DNA of 64,000 bases from Fidelibacterota bacterium (GCA_046735395.1 JBJKQR010000062.1:1-64000), one strand, 5' to 3'; shown: positions 23,501-33,115, counted from the first letter of the stretch. The notes: generated by a model from the letters alone, not told the origin. Made by a program: numbers and translations.

Positions 23501-26500
23501 AAGATAAGGAATATCATTATTGGCGTTCAGGTTCACGCCCGGTACGCGCTGGCCGTCAATATAGATGGCAAGAATATTACTTTCGTGCTCATCATAAACC
23601 GCTGATATGTGATACCACTTGCCTGTCTGTGCCTTCCAGTGGGGATAGCTGTATTTCTTGATATAGGCATCGTCCCGGTAAACCCAGAACTGCAGACTCG
23701 AATCAGCCGCCACATATTTCAGGTCAAAGACATGATTGGTATTTTCCTGGGCATCATCATCATAATGAAATTGCCGCACAATGTGGCCATCCCGGTCCAG
23801 CCGGTCAAAATTGATCCAGGCGGCAACCGTCAGCTCATTCTTTCCGCCTAAAAAATTAGACGGCTCAGTCTGCATATAATCCAGATTCCCGTCGAAAACG
23901 GCCCGGCGGCAGACTTTTCCCGTATCCAGATAGCAGTCAGACAGGTTACCGATGGACGCGTGAAGATTTACCACATCCGCATTGTCCTTCACCTCTCCAT
24001 CCTGATGTATGTAATTGCATTCATCGAATTTGTAATAGACCAGCAGTTCAATATTGCCGCAGTCCTCGGTGCAGGGATGAACATCGGTGACCAGCGCGTC
24101 AATCTCATTTTGAGTGAGGGCGTAATCATATATTCGGACCTCGTCCATCCCGCCCTTGAGATAACGGTGAATCGACGGCCGGTATCTGCCCATGAAAATA
24201 CGACCGGCCCTGTCGCGGAGATGAGTAAAGGTTCCGGTTGATTTGACGGGAGCCTGTTTTTGGATTCCATCCAGAAAAACCTGAATTTTTTCCGTCCGGT
24301 ACTTGTAAAAGGTGATGGCGATATGATACCATTCGCCGGGGTTGGGAACCCAGCGGAAATTGGCGTTGTAATAATTCTGATCATCGGAATAGACATAGGT
24401 GCGCAGCTCATTATTGATATAATCAATCATAAAGGTTGGCTGAATGGTCTCCGTCGTGTCTCCCATGACCATGACGGTCTGGTTGCCGCTGACACCCAGC
24501 GAATCGAAGCGGATAAAAAAGCTGGTGCTCATGGCATCCTTGCCGGCCAGGATGGTCGTGGGATCCGTAAACAGCCAGTCGTTCACACCATCAAACTTTG
24601 CCGCGTTACAGACCTGTCCCGACCAGGTGGTCATATCATGAAGAGCCGTCGCATTCAGGGAAATACTGGCTTCATTCTGAGCCTGTTTCGTCGGAGGGGA
24701 AAACCAGTGACATTCATCCATTTTCCAGTAGGAAGACGGTGAGCAGTCATTATAAAAGCGATAGGTACCGGTAAAATTCTTTCCGGCCACGAAATTATTA
24801 TACATCTGGCTGATGGACAGTTCATCCAGCAGAGAGGAAAAAACAATGCCTTCATCCATACTGCCCACGAAGGGATTGGTCCCGGCCGTATTATCGGCCT
24901 TCCCGAAGATCAGTGAGGAAATATTGACCAGCTGCGGCGAGCGGTCGTTATAGGTATCTCCGCTGATCTGCCCGTCCACATAACAGTAATGAAAGGTTCT
25001 GCGCCGACGGGTATCATAGTTCCGGGCCCAGACAACCTGATGCCACTGATCCAGGCTCAGCGCGCCCACCGGGAACTGAAAATCCTTTATGACAGTCCGT
25101 TCACCATCGAAATAGGTCCGGATGGTCCGTGTATCCAGCAGGCTCATGACCATCTGATCCGTGCTGCCGTTATTCCCGCAGAAAATCACATTGTTATTGG
25201 CTTCCGATGGCTTGATCCAGATGGTGAAGGTATAATCGTAGACGCCATTCAGCGTATCAAAATTATCAATACTCACATAGTCGCCCGCAGAGAAGGACAG
25301 GGCACGGTTCAGGACCGCATTCCCCGCCGCGTCAGCCGTATCAAGCTGAACCGTACCGAAGCCGGTGCCATAGAAGCGATGACTGGTCGTTTTCGTCACC
25401 TGATTGACAGCTTCATCGGGACGGTTGTCCCAGCCGCATTCGTCAAAACGCCAGTTGGACACGATACCGCAGTAGCCGCAGTCTCTCTGGGTCCCGTCAT
25501 AATTCTGTCCGTTCAGTGAATTCTGGTACATCTGCATGACTTTTTCATCGGTGATGGGAAAATTCCAGAGAGCCACTTCATCCATCAGCCCGTCATAGAG
25601 GCCGTAACCGACGGAGCCACCGGTCGTCCCCAGATACATATTGATATTCGAGACCTGATGGATTCGGGATCCGAAATCCTTCTCCGCCACCTTGACACCA
25701 TCCATATAGATTCGTTTATAATTGGCATCTGAGGAAAAGACCATGTAATGCCATTCGTTCAGGGTGGCCGGATAGGTCGGCAGATTCGGGTTTGACTGGG
25801 CATCCGGACAGTCGGGTGTCGGATCCCACTCGTCATTGGTGGTCTGAAATACCCATTGCCCGTTATGCAGGGCAATTTCATAACACATCATGGAGAAAGG
25901 CCCGGCCGGGTCATTACAGTTGAGAAAGGCTTCATTCAGTGAGAGGAGCCAGCTTTTCACCGCATCCCGCGGATTCACCCACATGGAAATGGCGATCTGG
26001 TCATACACCATGTTGAAACGGTCATCGAAGGGAATACTGATATAGGGCGCGGCGGTAAAATCCGCCCCCTTGCACAGCGCCCCGTCATCACCGGGCTGAA
26101 TGTTGTTTATGGGCGTCCCGTTCAGGCCATTGGGGCCCGAGTCCTTCACATCCGGGGATCCGCTGGTCCACTGACATTCATCAAATCGCCATTCGGCCAG
26201 AGGCGGACAGTCGACACAGATCCGGGGAGACCCGTCGTAATTCTTATTCTGAATCTCATACCCATATATTTTCGAGATCTGGCTTTCCGAAAGCGGAGCC
26301 TTGAAAACCATGATATCATCGATTTTCCCATTGAAATCATTGATGAAGGATGTTCCGCTCTTTTCAGAGCCCACATAGAGATTTTCACCGGTCTGATCAA
26401 GGGGATCGGTGTTGTAGATGGCAATGCTGTCCAGCAGTCCGTTGATAAAAACTCGCTTGTAGTATCCGTCATAGGTCACGGCCACATGGGTCCAGACATT

Positions 26501-28465
26501 ATTGGGTATAATGGCGGCACTTCGGGTCCGTCCCATATCCGTATCCCACCAGACCTGCGCGTGTCCGCTGTCCGGCTGCATGAAAGCCAGCCTGTATCCG
26601 GAGCTGCCGTTATATTTGGAAAACAGAGTATTGATCCGGGGCGCTCCGCTGCCGTTTTCCTCGATGAAAACCCAGCCCATGAGCGTAAGTCCCCTGTCTC
26701 CCTCCAGATTATCCTTATCCGCGACTTCAAAACGGGATGCACCCACCATGACACAGCCCTGACAGAGAAAACCCTCCGCGTTGAAAGGATTTCCCGTCGC
26801 CAGGCCGTTGTTGTCATTGCCGCTCAAATCCGCTACCTGATCAGCATAGGTACCGCAGTCATCGAACTGAAAATTCAGTGAAGGACTGGGTACACAATCG
26901 TAACAGATCCGGGTCAGGCCGTTGGCATTCCGCTGAGAACTCTGATAATTATAAATGGTTTCAATCTGATCCTGATTCAGTTCCTCATTATAAATCCGCA
27001 CTTCATCAATGCGGCCGTAAAACCCGTTGGCCGTATTCGTGCTGTCCCAGCCGAGAAAGAGAGTGTTATCATTGCTGTTTATCACCCCCGTATAGATGCA
27101 GGAATCCTGCACAACGCCATTGATATAGAGGAACATGCGGTCGGTCTCATTCTTGAAGGTTACGGCCACATAGGTCCATTCCTGATTATTGAACAGAGCC
27201 GGCTGAGAGTAAATGAAACTGCCCGCCGTGCTTTCCCCGTTGAGTCGCCAGCAGATGCGGTTATCGGTGGTGGTGTAGAGCTGAAAACCGTCATCCGTCA
27301 CCCCCGGGCTGTAATACTTGCCGCCCTTGGACAGAATATAGGAATCAGCGCCCGGTTTATTGAACTTATATATCCAGGCGGAGATGGTGATATCGTCACG
27401 AATCCGGTTGAAATTGTTATTGTCCACCCGAAAATAATCACTGCCGTTGAGCATAACGGAGCGGCATACCTCCCCGGAAGAGGCAATAGGCGCCCCCACG
27501 ATACTGGCCGTGGATCCGCTCCCGCTCATGTCCGAAACCGAGTCCTCCGTGGCCGAATAATAGCAATTGTCAAAATACCAGTCCCCGTACACGTTGCAGT
27601 TACTGCAGACCCGGGCTGTGGCATTGCTGTTGCGGTAGGGCGGTTCACTTTCATAAATATAGATCTGCTCCACCTGTGTCGGGGTCAGCGCCACATTGAA
27701 AATTTTGAGCTCATCCATCAGGCCGTCGAAATCGTAATTGCTGCCGGTGTTCCCGGATCCCATGCGCAGCGTATCCAGGGTCGTCAGGGCATTATTGTCC
27801 AGATCCGGCGCGGCCGAAACGATCTCCGTGCGGTCCACGTACAGTTTCTGGGTCAGTCCGTCCCGCACCCACACCACGTGATGCCAGGTGTCCTGATAAA
27901 AGAGATTCGTCTTGTGAAATACGGTGGCCGCCGTCTGATTGTCGTAAAGCTGCGTATAGACATTGTCACGGTCGAGAGACAGCAGCATGGTATTGGGATT
28001 ACTGTCGAGAAATTTTGAGGCGCTCAGTACTTCATTGGTATTCAGGTTGTCCAGCCGTATCCAGAACGCGATGGAGAAGGCCGATACATCGGTGAGGACA
28101 TTCTGGGCGCGGACATAATAATTATCCCCCAGGCCGCCGCGAAAATCCGCACCCTTGCAGAGTCGCCCCTGAAACGTGGACGGGGTACCCACAATCGTTC
28201 CATGATGCTCCAGCTTCTCATCCCGGACTTCTCCCGGCACTCCGTCCCAGTCGCATTCATCAAATCGGTATTCGGCCACAAGATTATTGACCGGGATCTC
28301 CACATCCATGGCCAGATCCGGATAAATGACGTGATCGTCACGGTCTGAAAACTGCGCGTATACCAGCCCGATTCCGATCAAAAACACCAGAATGAAAATG
28401 CTCCGGAGAGATGTTTTTCCAATGAATTTTGCTGCTGGTTTCGTCATCCTGCCTTCTCGAAACAA
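20579..28465 (-). CDS. Giant secreted protein, 2628 aa: eight LamG (ConA-like) domains and a C-terminal T9SS type-A/FlgD-Ig-like domain
   Basis: Signal peptide; eight repeats of F/MDxC...(F/I)SIxxW...WxHV...lYvdG...GxxDEvrIy; C-terminus NYPNPFN..IIVYDILGRRV..WD..GENVSSGIYFLQL..RKIMVLK. Confidence 0.9.
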   Translation of the reverse strand: MFREGRMTKPAAKFIGKTSLRSIFILVFLIGIGLVYAQFSDRDDHVIYPDLAMDVEIPVNNLVAEYRFDECDWDGVPGEVRDEKLEHHGTIVGTPSTFQGRLCKGADFRGGLGDNYYVRAQNVLTDVSAFSIAFWIRLDNLNTNEVLSASKFLDSNPNTMLLSLDRDNVYTQLYDNQTAATVFHKTNLFYQDTWHHVVWVRDGLTQKLYVDRTEIVSAAPDLDNNALTTLDTLRMGSGNTGSNYDFDGLMDELKIFNVALTPTQVEQIYIYESEPPYRNSNATARVCSNCNVYGDWYFDNCYYSATEDSVSDMSGSGSTASIVGAPIASSGEVCRSVMLNGSDYFRVDNNNFNRIRDDITISAWIYKFNKPGADSYILSKGGKYYSPGVTDDGFQLYTTTDNRICWRLNGESTAGSFIYSQPALFNNQEWTYVAVTFKNETDRMFLYINGVVQDSCIYTGVINSNDNTLFLGWDSTNTANGFYGRIDEVRIYNEELNQDQIETIYNYQSSQRNANGLTRICYDCVPSPSLNFQFDDCGTYADQVADLSGNDNNGLATGNPFNAEGFLCQGCVMVGASRFEVADKDNLEGDRGLTLMGWVFIEENGSGAPRINTLFSKYNGSSGYRLAFMQPDSGHAQVWWDTDMGRTRSAAIIPNNVWTHVAVTYDGYYKRVFINGLLDSIAIYNTDPLDQTGENLYVGSEKSGTSFINDFNGKIDDIMVFKAPLSESQISKIYGYEIQNKNYDGSPRICVDCPPLAEWRFDECQWTSGSPDVKDSGPNGLNGTPINNIQPGDDGALCKGADFTAAPYISIPFDDRFNMVYDQIAISMWVNPRDAVKSWLLSLNEAFLNCNDPAGPFSMMCYEIALHNGQWVFQTTNDEWDPTPDCPDAQSNPNLPTYPATLNEWHYMVFSSDANYKRIYMDGVKVAEKDFGSRIHQVSNINMYLGTTGGSVGYGLYDGLMDEVALWNFPITDEKVMQMYQNSLNGQNYDGTQRDCGYCGIVSNWRFDECGWDNRPDEAVNQVTKTTSHRFYGTGFGTVQLDTADAAGNAVLNRALSFSAGDYVSIDNFDTLNGVYDYTFTIWIKPSEANNNVIFCGNNGSTDQMVMSLLDTRTIRTYFDGERTVIKDFQFPVGALSLDQWHQVVWARNYDTRRRRTFHYCYVDGQISGDTYNDRSPQLVNISSLIFGKADNTAGTNPFVGSMDEGIVFSSLLDELSISQMYNNFVAGKNFTGTYRFYNDCSPSSYWKMDECHWFSPPTKQAQNEASISLNATALHDMTTWSGQVCNAAKFDGVNDWLFTDPTTILAGKDAMSTSFFIRFDSLGVSGNQTVMVMGDTTETIQPTFMIDYINNELRTYVYSDDQNYYNANFRWVPNPGEWYHIAITFYKYRTEKIQVFLDGIQKQAPVKSTGTFTHLRDRAGRIFMGRYRPSIHRYLKGGMDEVRIYDYALTQNEIDALVTDVHPCTEDCGNIELLVYYKFDECNYIHQDGEVKDNADVVNLHASIGNLSDCYLDTGKVCRRAVFDGNLDYMQTEPSNFLGGKNELTVAAWINFDRLDRDGHIVRQFHYDDDAQENTNHVFDLKYVAADSSLQFWVYRDDAYIKKYSYPHWKAQTGKWYHISAVYDEHESNILAIYIDGQRVPGVNLNANNDIPYLPYWDERLIIGRSRITDTDENSFFWGSLDDMRIYGSALTDNQILDIYQDVLGLCPVCGSAALPPKTADWRFDRCSYDGSVDEVKDYTINYLDGYSVNVQPQLAVNKICRSAQFEGDDDIVIPDNTLLNFQNSMSIALWVYISPGNTVRTLVSKGYPADTGFILSVDSDNSVLWQVNDQPWDTNIILNENTWNHIVVTYNTDPLKRYLYVNGLYAANNNPISETILPNSNPVILGALQTGSSSYSNHFTGYMDNVALYSSALIIDHVEDIYKDTLSYCSACSGDTVSASTSLPKDIWKLIGIPAVAADGSPMSVVGDDIDGQVPSDTSYTWNLINYNAIDSSYNYFSEDPAGFQPFEPGRGFIIAQHLQPSVTLKFRGSAVITPFGYPLELPQPGLSSSMNLVANPFESMIRWNNVRVAQSGDTLSIAEAAAAGWVNSYAYVWESEKSAYYPVDPVVDSWYDRDTISTWEGYWVVNHSSLPIKLIYDREAFGKQVSAAIPKISPSGETLGSYSRNETISLTNRWVGLLSVSSPDMRYTTENNRFGIDEAARGGYDTRDALYFEPNRDKFVALYFDTPGYKLNYDLKNSDLSVRDWKFTIWNRGIPSRTWKLQLKNPSAFPGNIRISVRNSAGDVLASDLRSDPILETTVSTDRQNSYSLSVETVKDSSVSDFHYALMPVPFRKNACDLYVFPGEIMENMYARINGKSFSLDLADRLYNVYRTRLSMGMKSIDEIIFQGVDLSENIRRDSCVVQSLQIAANTAGSLNSADGRIDLIYNNAPENLLLSLGENQRSAPVRQDLNRVYSIQPYGMKTADFLTIQTSADRLGLPPEILNHFVFIQETDSGWVELPTRYHSKENTLSAPVERSGNYSFRLSKSGKQILPDKSILNPNYPNPFNGRTEFSFTVAHPGHVKIIVYDILGRRVAILRDTMMEAGIYRAAWDARSLNGENVSSGIYFLQLQNEGSVSSRKIMVLK

Positions 28466-28615
28466 ATTAACAGAATTCCCGGGTCAAAACCATGTTTTTT
28501 CTCCCCTGCCACCTAAGGGATCCGGACTCCAAGTGCCTGACTGCAAATCATTTTCGACCGTAAAAACGGTATATGATTTTCGAAATTTTCTCCGCTGCAA
28601 AATACCGGAAAAGGG

Positions 28616-30436
28616 TCAGTCGCGGATGTTGCGTCCGATCTTCATGACCCGCGGTAAATCCACGAAGATGTCGGGGTAATCTCCGGTAATATTGATGGGC
28701 CCCGTATTGAGCGTATTATTGGCGACTTTACCCAGCCAGAATGCGCCTTCGTGATATACATTCGGCCCGCGATAGGACATGGTATCCCGAACAAACAGGC
28801 CGCCGTAGAGCGTGGACTCAAGAACCGCGTTCCCCGAATAGGCCAGAACATTACTGTAGACCGTCGAGTTGTCCAGAATACGGATATCCCCTTCCGTGGA
28901 CCAGATCAGGGCCACCGTCTTTTCATTCGGAGCCCGATAGTCCACCCCGAACTGGCTGTTGCTGACCGTTACGTCACCCCTGGCCAGAATGACCACATTC
29001 GCTCCGATGGTGGAATTTGTGATCTTCACAAAACTGTTTGAAACAATGATCCCCGGCGTATCGTACTCTTCCGACAGCACTGTGGCGCCATTGAAAATGA
29101 TGCTGTCCTTGACGAAGATGGTGCTATTGTCAAAATTAGACAGGTTGAGCGTCTTGGGCGAGGTGAAGACCAGAAATTTATTCCCGCTGTAGCTGCTAAT
29201 CCCCGCGGCCACTGAATTCAGCAGATTAATCGTATCCTCAATCGTCGGATAATTGATTTTCAGGACCGGGTATTCAAAACCGGCGGCCCAGTTCGAATAT
29301 CCGTACACCGTATCCGCTGCAGTCACCCAGATTCGCGTGGAAGCGCCGGGAGCCTGGCCGATATTGGCGGAATTCACCACATACACACTGTCACGGACAA
29401 AGAAATTTCCATTGATAACCTGATTCTCCTCGATCATGAGCAGACCGGGTTCGCCGGCAAAGGTAATCAGCAGACGCGGCGGAATAGGCCGGGAGAATTG
29501 CGAATAATAATGAACGAGTGGTGACGGGTCTCTGAGGAGCCAGCCGTAATAGGGAATATTTCCGTCCAGGGCATCACGGATATTCTGCGTCACATCCCAG
29601 CTTATCCAGCCCCCGGCCAGGACATTGGTCACAGATATGGGATCGGGGTCAAAATCTCCCCCGCTCTGATTCCAGGCACTGGTGGCCGTCTTATTCACCC
29701 AGGTGGCTTCCCGGTCAATCCAGGCGCTGGTTACCCGGTAAATTCCGATATTCTGCGTTTTCGGCGGAAAAGTGGGAACCTTGTTATAATAGAATATTGC
29801 AGTATCCACTCCGCTGCGGAACTGTACCCGCGACAGGTCGAAATGAATGAGGGCCCGGGATTCGCCAAAGGCGGAATTTCTCCAGCCCACATAACGATAG
29901 GGATCGGACCAGAAATTGGTCGTGCTTCGCTGAGACGAGATAAAGGTCTCATTATAATAGGGATAGGACATCCAGATCGTATCAATGACCACCGGAGAGC
30001 GAAGCGCTCTGTCCACCAGAGATGTATCCGGAAAAAAACTGTACTGAACCAGCTGAAGCCCCACATTCAGTTTCTTTCTGAATTCTCCCACTCGTCCCGT
30101 GGATGTGATACTGAAATTATTCGCGCCCTGATAGGCGCTTTTCAGTTCGATACTGCCGTCTCCGAATGACAGCAGCGTATCCTTCGGTTCGTTGACGGCT
30201 ATCCAGTGAACCATCCAGTCAATGCCGGAAAGAGCCAGATAATAGGCTTTCATATGCAGCAGTGATGACGCCGAATTTTCATTTTCCCGGATATTGGTTC
30301 CGGCCAGAAAAAAGCCCATCACGCCGGCCAGGAGAACGAGCACGATCGCTGAGGTCACCAGTGCATATCCACGCTGCGCCCAGACGATTTCCTCAGGCTG
30401 TTTTTCCGTGGTCAATGTGGGTACAGGAACTCCCAT
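28616..30436 (-). CDS. PilX/MshP-like minor pilin with a DNRLRE (CBM96-like) domain and a beta-helix-like C-terminus
   Basis: Class III signal-like QRG|YALVTSAIVLVLLAG without Glu5; KAYYLALSGIDW; FSITSTGRVG; ESRALIHFDLS..W..ATW..ISWDVT..YGWLLR..PRLLITF. Confidence 0.7.
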   Translation of the reverse strand: MGVPVPTLTTEKQPEEIVWAQRGYALVTSAIVLVLLAGVMGFFLAGTNIRENENSASSLLHMKAYYLALSGIDWMVHWIAVNEPKDTLLSFGDGSIELKSAYQGANNFSITSTGRVGEFRKKLNVGLQLVQYSFFPDTSLVDRALRSPVVIDTIWMSYPYYNETFISSQRSTTNFWSDPYRYVGWRNSAFGESRALIHFDLSRVQFRSGVDTAIFYYNKVPTFPPKTQNIGIYRVTSAWIDREATWVNKTATSAWNQSGGDFDPDPISVTNVLAGGWISWDVTQNIRDALDGNIPYYGWLLRDPSPLVHYYSQFSRPIPPRLLITFAGEPGLLMIEENQVINGNFFVRDSVYVVNSANIGQAPGASTRIWVTAADTVYGYSNWAAGFEYPVLKINYPTIEDTINLLNSVAAGISSYSGNKFLVFTSPKTLNLSNFDNSTIFVKDSIIFNGATVLSEEYDTPGIIVSNSFVKITNSTIGANVVILARGDVTVSNSQFGVDYRAPNEKTVALIWSTEGDIRILDNSTVYSNVLAYSGNAVLESTLYGGLFVRDTMSYRGPNVYHEGAFWLGKVANNTLNTGPINITGDYPDIFVDLPRVMKIGRNIRD

Positions 30437-30564
30437 GGCAGGTGATTTTAAAGATACTTTGATCGAATTACAATATTTTGTTTCGGGCCCGTATGCAACA
30501 AATCAGCGTAAAAAAAAACACGCCTTTTTCGGACGTATTTCAGGATGGGGCGAATGAAGGAGAC

Positions 30565-30596
30565 GCCCGGCACCGACTGATGGATCAGTGCCGGGC
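30565..30596 (-). terminator. GC-rich hairpin downstream of nagB
   Basis: GCCCGGCAC...GTGCCGGGC inverted repeat 15 nt past the stop; no clear U-tract. Confidence 0.4.
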
Positions 30597-30610
30597 TTGC
30601 ATGAAAAAAT

Positions 30611-32977
30611 TTATTGGCTTTCCTGACTCTTCCGGAGTTCGAGGGAGTGTTCGTAGAATTCCTTGACGGTCAATTCCTTGAGAAAGACCATACCGTGGGC
30701 GGCACGAATCCACAGATCCGGATTTTCCAGAAAAAAGGGTTTCCCGATACAGGAACGGATTTTCTGATACTGGTCCACCTGAATTTTCTGAGCCAGCCGG
30801 TTGAAAGGCCCGTCAAATTCAAAACTGGGAAAAGACGCAGACCGCTGGGATCCGAAACAGTTCATGAAGGCATTTTCCATAATGGCCATGGAATTCAGGC
30901 TCATGGGTACATAAACATTCGCCTCGGCCGGATGAAAGCGGAACCATACATTCCGGTATCCCCAGATGCGGATATTGCTTACATCAGCCTCCTTCTCATA
31001 GAGACGGAGCGCTTCCGTCACCGCCTGTAGCACCTTGTAATGCGTATCGGGCCCCGAACCTTCCGGATCCAGAGCAATGGTGATGATGGTCGGTTTCAGC
31101 TTTTTGATCATCTCATAAATGGGCAGAACATCCCGTTCAACCTGCGGTTCCTCGGTGAAGATATTGCCCTGGTAGAAGCCCAGCCGCATATGCGTCACAT
31201 CCCGTGACGGAAATCCGAAATAGGCCCAGAGGAGATCCGCTTCCCATTCACGGGTCATTCCCTTCAGTTTCTGCACAGTGGGAATATCCTTCTTGCCCGG
31301 ATACTGGGTCTTGAAATAATTAATCAGCTCGTCCACCCGATTCTGAAGATTGACGATCTGATCTTCCTCAAACGTATCGATCATGTTTCTCAGAAGCCTG
31401 CGGGCGACTGCTTCCCGCCGTTTTGTCCGGCTGTGCTCCGCAATTCCGTCGAGGTAGAGATGGATTTCCTCATCCTTCCCGTCTCGGGACTGCGCTAAAA
31501 AGTATCCGTCCTGAAACAGTGTCTGAAAATTCCGTGAAACAATGAGTTCCTTCAGATCTTCCAGCAGTTCGAGCATATAGGCATTTGTCACCGCCGTAAA
31601 CCCGCTGGTCATATAGGAAAAATGGTGACGGTTACGGGGGCTGCGCACGAGGTGTATGATGTAGGGAAGATACCCGAGCATAATATCATCATGATGCGGC
31701 GCCGTATGCAGAAACACTTCGCCCTCCACCTGACTGATGCCTCGGTTGAATTTTTCCATGATGCGCCCATGAACGTCTTCGTTAATGTCCGTTCTGGATT
31801 TTCCACTGCGGCGCAGGATCAGCGACGTACCCTTGTCATTCCGGTAATCCTCATCTGTCAGGTCCGTCACACGTTTTCCCAGATCCACGGCAAGATTGAT
31901 AACGGCCCGGTCTATGGAAAGGGTGCTCAGTGTTGCCTCTTTTTCCACATTGACGTAGCGGCGTTCCAACAGGCGGATGGCAGCTCCGTCCGTGAGATAA
32001 AAGCGGGAATTGGGCAGTTTCTGCAGCACGGACGCCGGATACTGGTTATCGGCCTCACTCTGAACCGAATCCCGAACGATGAGGGATTTGGCTTCACCGG
32101 CAGCAATAATTATGGCCGTCGTATCCGGATTATGAGCAATGGTGTCCAGTCCGATGGTAATAACCAGACTGTTCCGCGCAACTTCAATGCCGCCCAGATC
32201 CGTGGCCGCCGCAGCCTGAGTCTCATAATTGGTTTCTATGAGCCGTGTCGTCGAGAAATGGTCACTTCCCTTGACGTTGAAACCGATGTGGCCGTCCGGT
32301 CCGATTCCGCCCAGAAAGAATCCGATACCGCCCAGATCGCGGATTTTCTTTTCATACTCCGTGCAGAACTGGTCGACAAGTTCAATCGTACGTTTCTGGA
32401 GCCGTTCCATACGGCTCCCGGCCCAGCGCACTCTCAGACCGAGATCGACTTTCTTGTCGGGAAAGATTTCCTCCAGAGGCAGATCTTCCGCCGTTCCGAT
32501 CTCATGCGTGTTGATAAGCAGTGCCTTGTCCGGGTCGAAATCAAAATTCTGGAAGTAATATTTTTTGATATAATGGTAAAAACTGTTGTGCTGATAAGGG
32601 CTGATGGGATAAAATTCATCAATCTGAACAAAATGCAGGCTTCGCATGTCAGGACGAATCGCCGGATCAATCCCGTAACGTTTCAGTTCGGTCGCCGTGG
32701 CCTCATCATCCCAGGTCCGCAGAAAGCGGGTTACCCAGGCGATAAAATGTTCCGGTGTCTTTCCGGTCGGCAGAGACACGACCCCGCCCGGGTTCTTCTG
32801 CACCCATTCAATGAAGCGCAGCGCTGTCATTTTACCGAGTTCGGGAAAATTGTTAACCTGTACAATGGGAATTTTTTCTGCAGGGTCATAGATGAGTTCC
32901 TTGCCGCTTTGAGACAGAAAATATTCCTCAACGGCGCTGAGCTGATAGGTGGATTTTTTTACAGGTGATGTTTTCAT
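30611..32977 (-). CDS. nagB: Long-form glucosamine-6-phosphate deaminase fused to a PIG-L/LmbE-like domain
   Basis: VSLPTGKTP, VQIDEFYP, GGIGPDGHIGFN and YPASVLQ; second half has HTAPHHDDIMLG and DPEGSGPDTHY. Confidence 0.85.
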   Translation of the reverse strand: MKTSPVKKSTYQLSAVEEYFLSQSGKELIYDPAEKIPIVQVNNFPELGKMTALRFIEWVQKNPGGVVSLPTGKTPEHFIAWVTRFLRTWDDEATATELKRYGIDPAIRPDMRSLHFVQIDEFYPISPYQHNSFYHYIKKYYFQNFDFDPDKALLINTHEIGTAEDLPLEEIFPDKKVDLGLRVRWAGSRMERLQKRTIELVDQFCTEYEKKIRDLGGIGFFLGGIGPDGHIGFNVKGSDHFSTTRLIETNYETQAAAATDLGGIEVARNSLVITIGLDTIAHNPDTTAIIIAAGEAKSLIVRDSVQSEADNQYPASVLQKLPNSRFYLTDGAAIRLLERRYVNVEKEATLSTLSIDRAVINLAVDLGKRVTDLTDEDYRNDKGTSLILRRSGKSRTDINEDVHGRIMEKFNRGISQVEGEVFLHTAPHHDDIMLGYLPYIIHLVRSPRNRHHFSYMTSGFTAVTNAYMLELLEDLKELIVSRNFQTLFQDGYFLAQSRDGKDEEIHLYLDGIAEHSRTKRREAVARRLLRNMIDTFEEDQIVNLQNRVDELINYFKTQYPGKKDIPTVQKLKGMTREWEADLLWAYFGFPSRDVTHMRLGFYQGNIFTEEPQVERDVLPIYEMIKKLKPTIITIALDPEGSGPDTHYKVLQAVTEALRLYEKEADVSNIRIWGYRNVWFRFHPAEANVYVPMSLNSMAIMENAFMNCFGSQRSASFPSFEFDGPFNRLAQKIQVDQYQKIRSCIGKPFFLENPDLWIRAAHGMVFLKELTVKEFYEHSLELRKSQESQ

Positions 32978-33115
32978 GAGATATTATCCTTTTCCTCTCT
33001 AAGGCGCAAATTTGCACACTTTTCGTGGCAATTACCAAGGAAAAATGACGTGGGAGTAAAAAAATTCGTTTATCTTACTAACTTTCATGGTTTAATCGAA
33101 TTCATCAAGATATTT

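Noticed and set aside
22664..28290. Multiheme cytochrome or zinc-finger reading of the repeated CxxC
   Set aside because: None of the motifs is CxxCH, they sit at LamG domain ends in a secreted protein, and the paired Cys loss in domain 5 favours disulfides.
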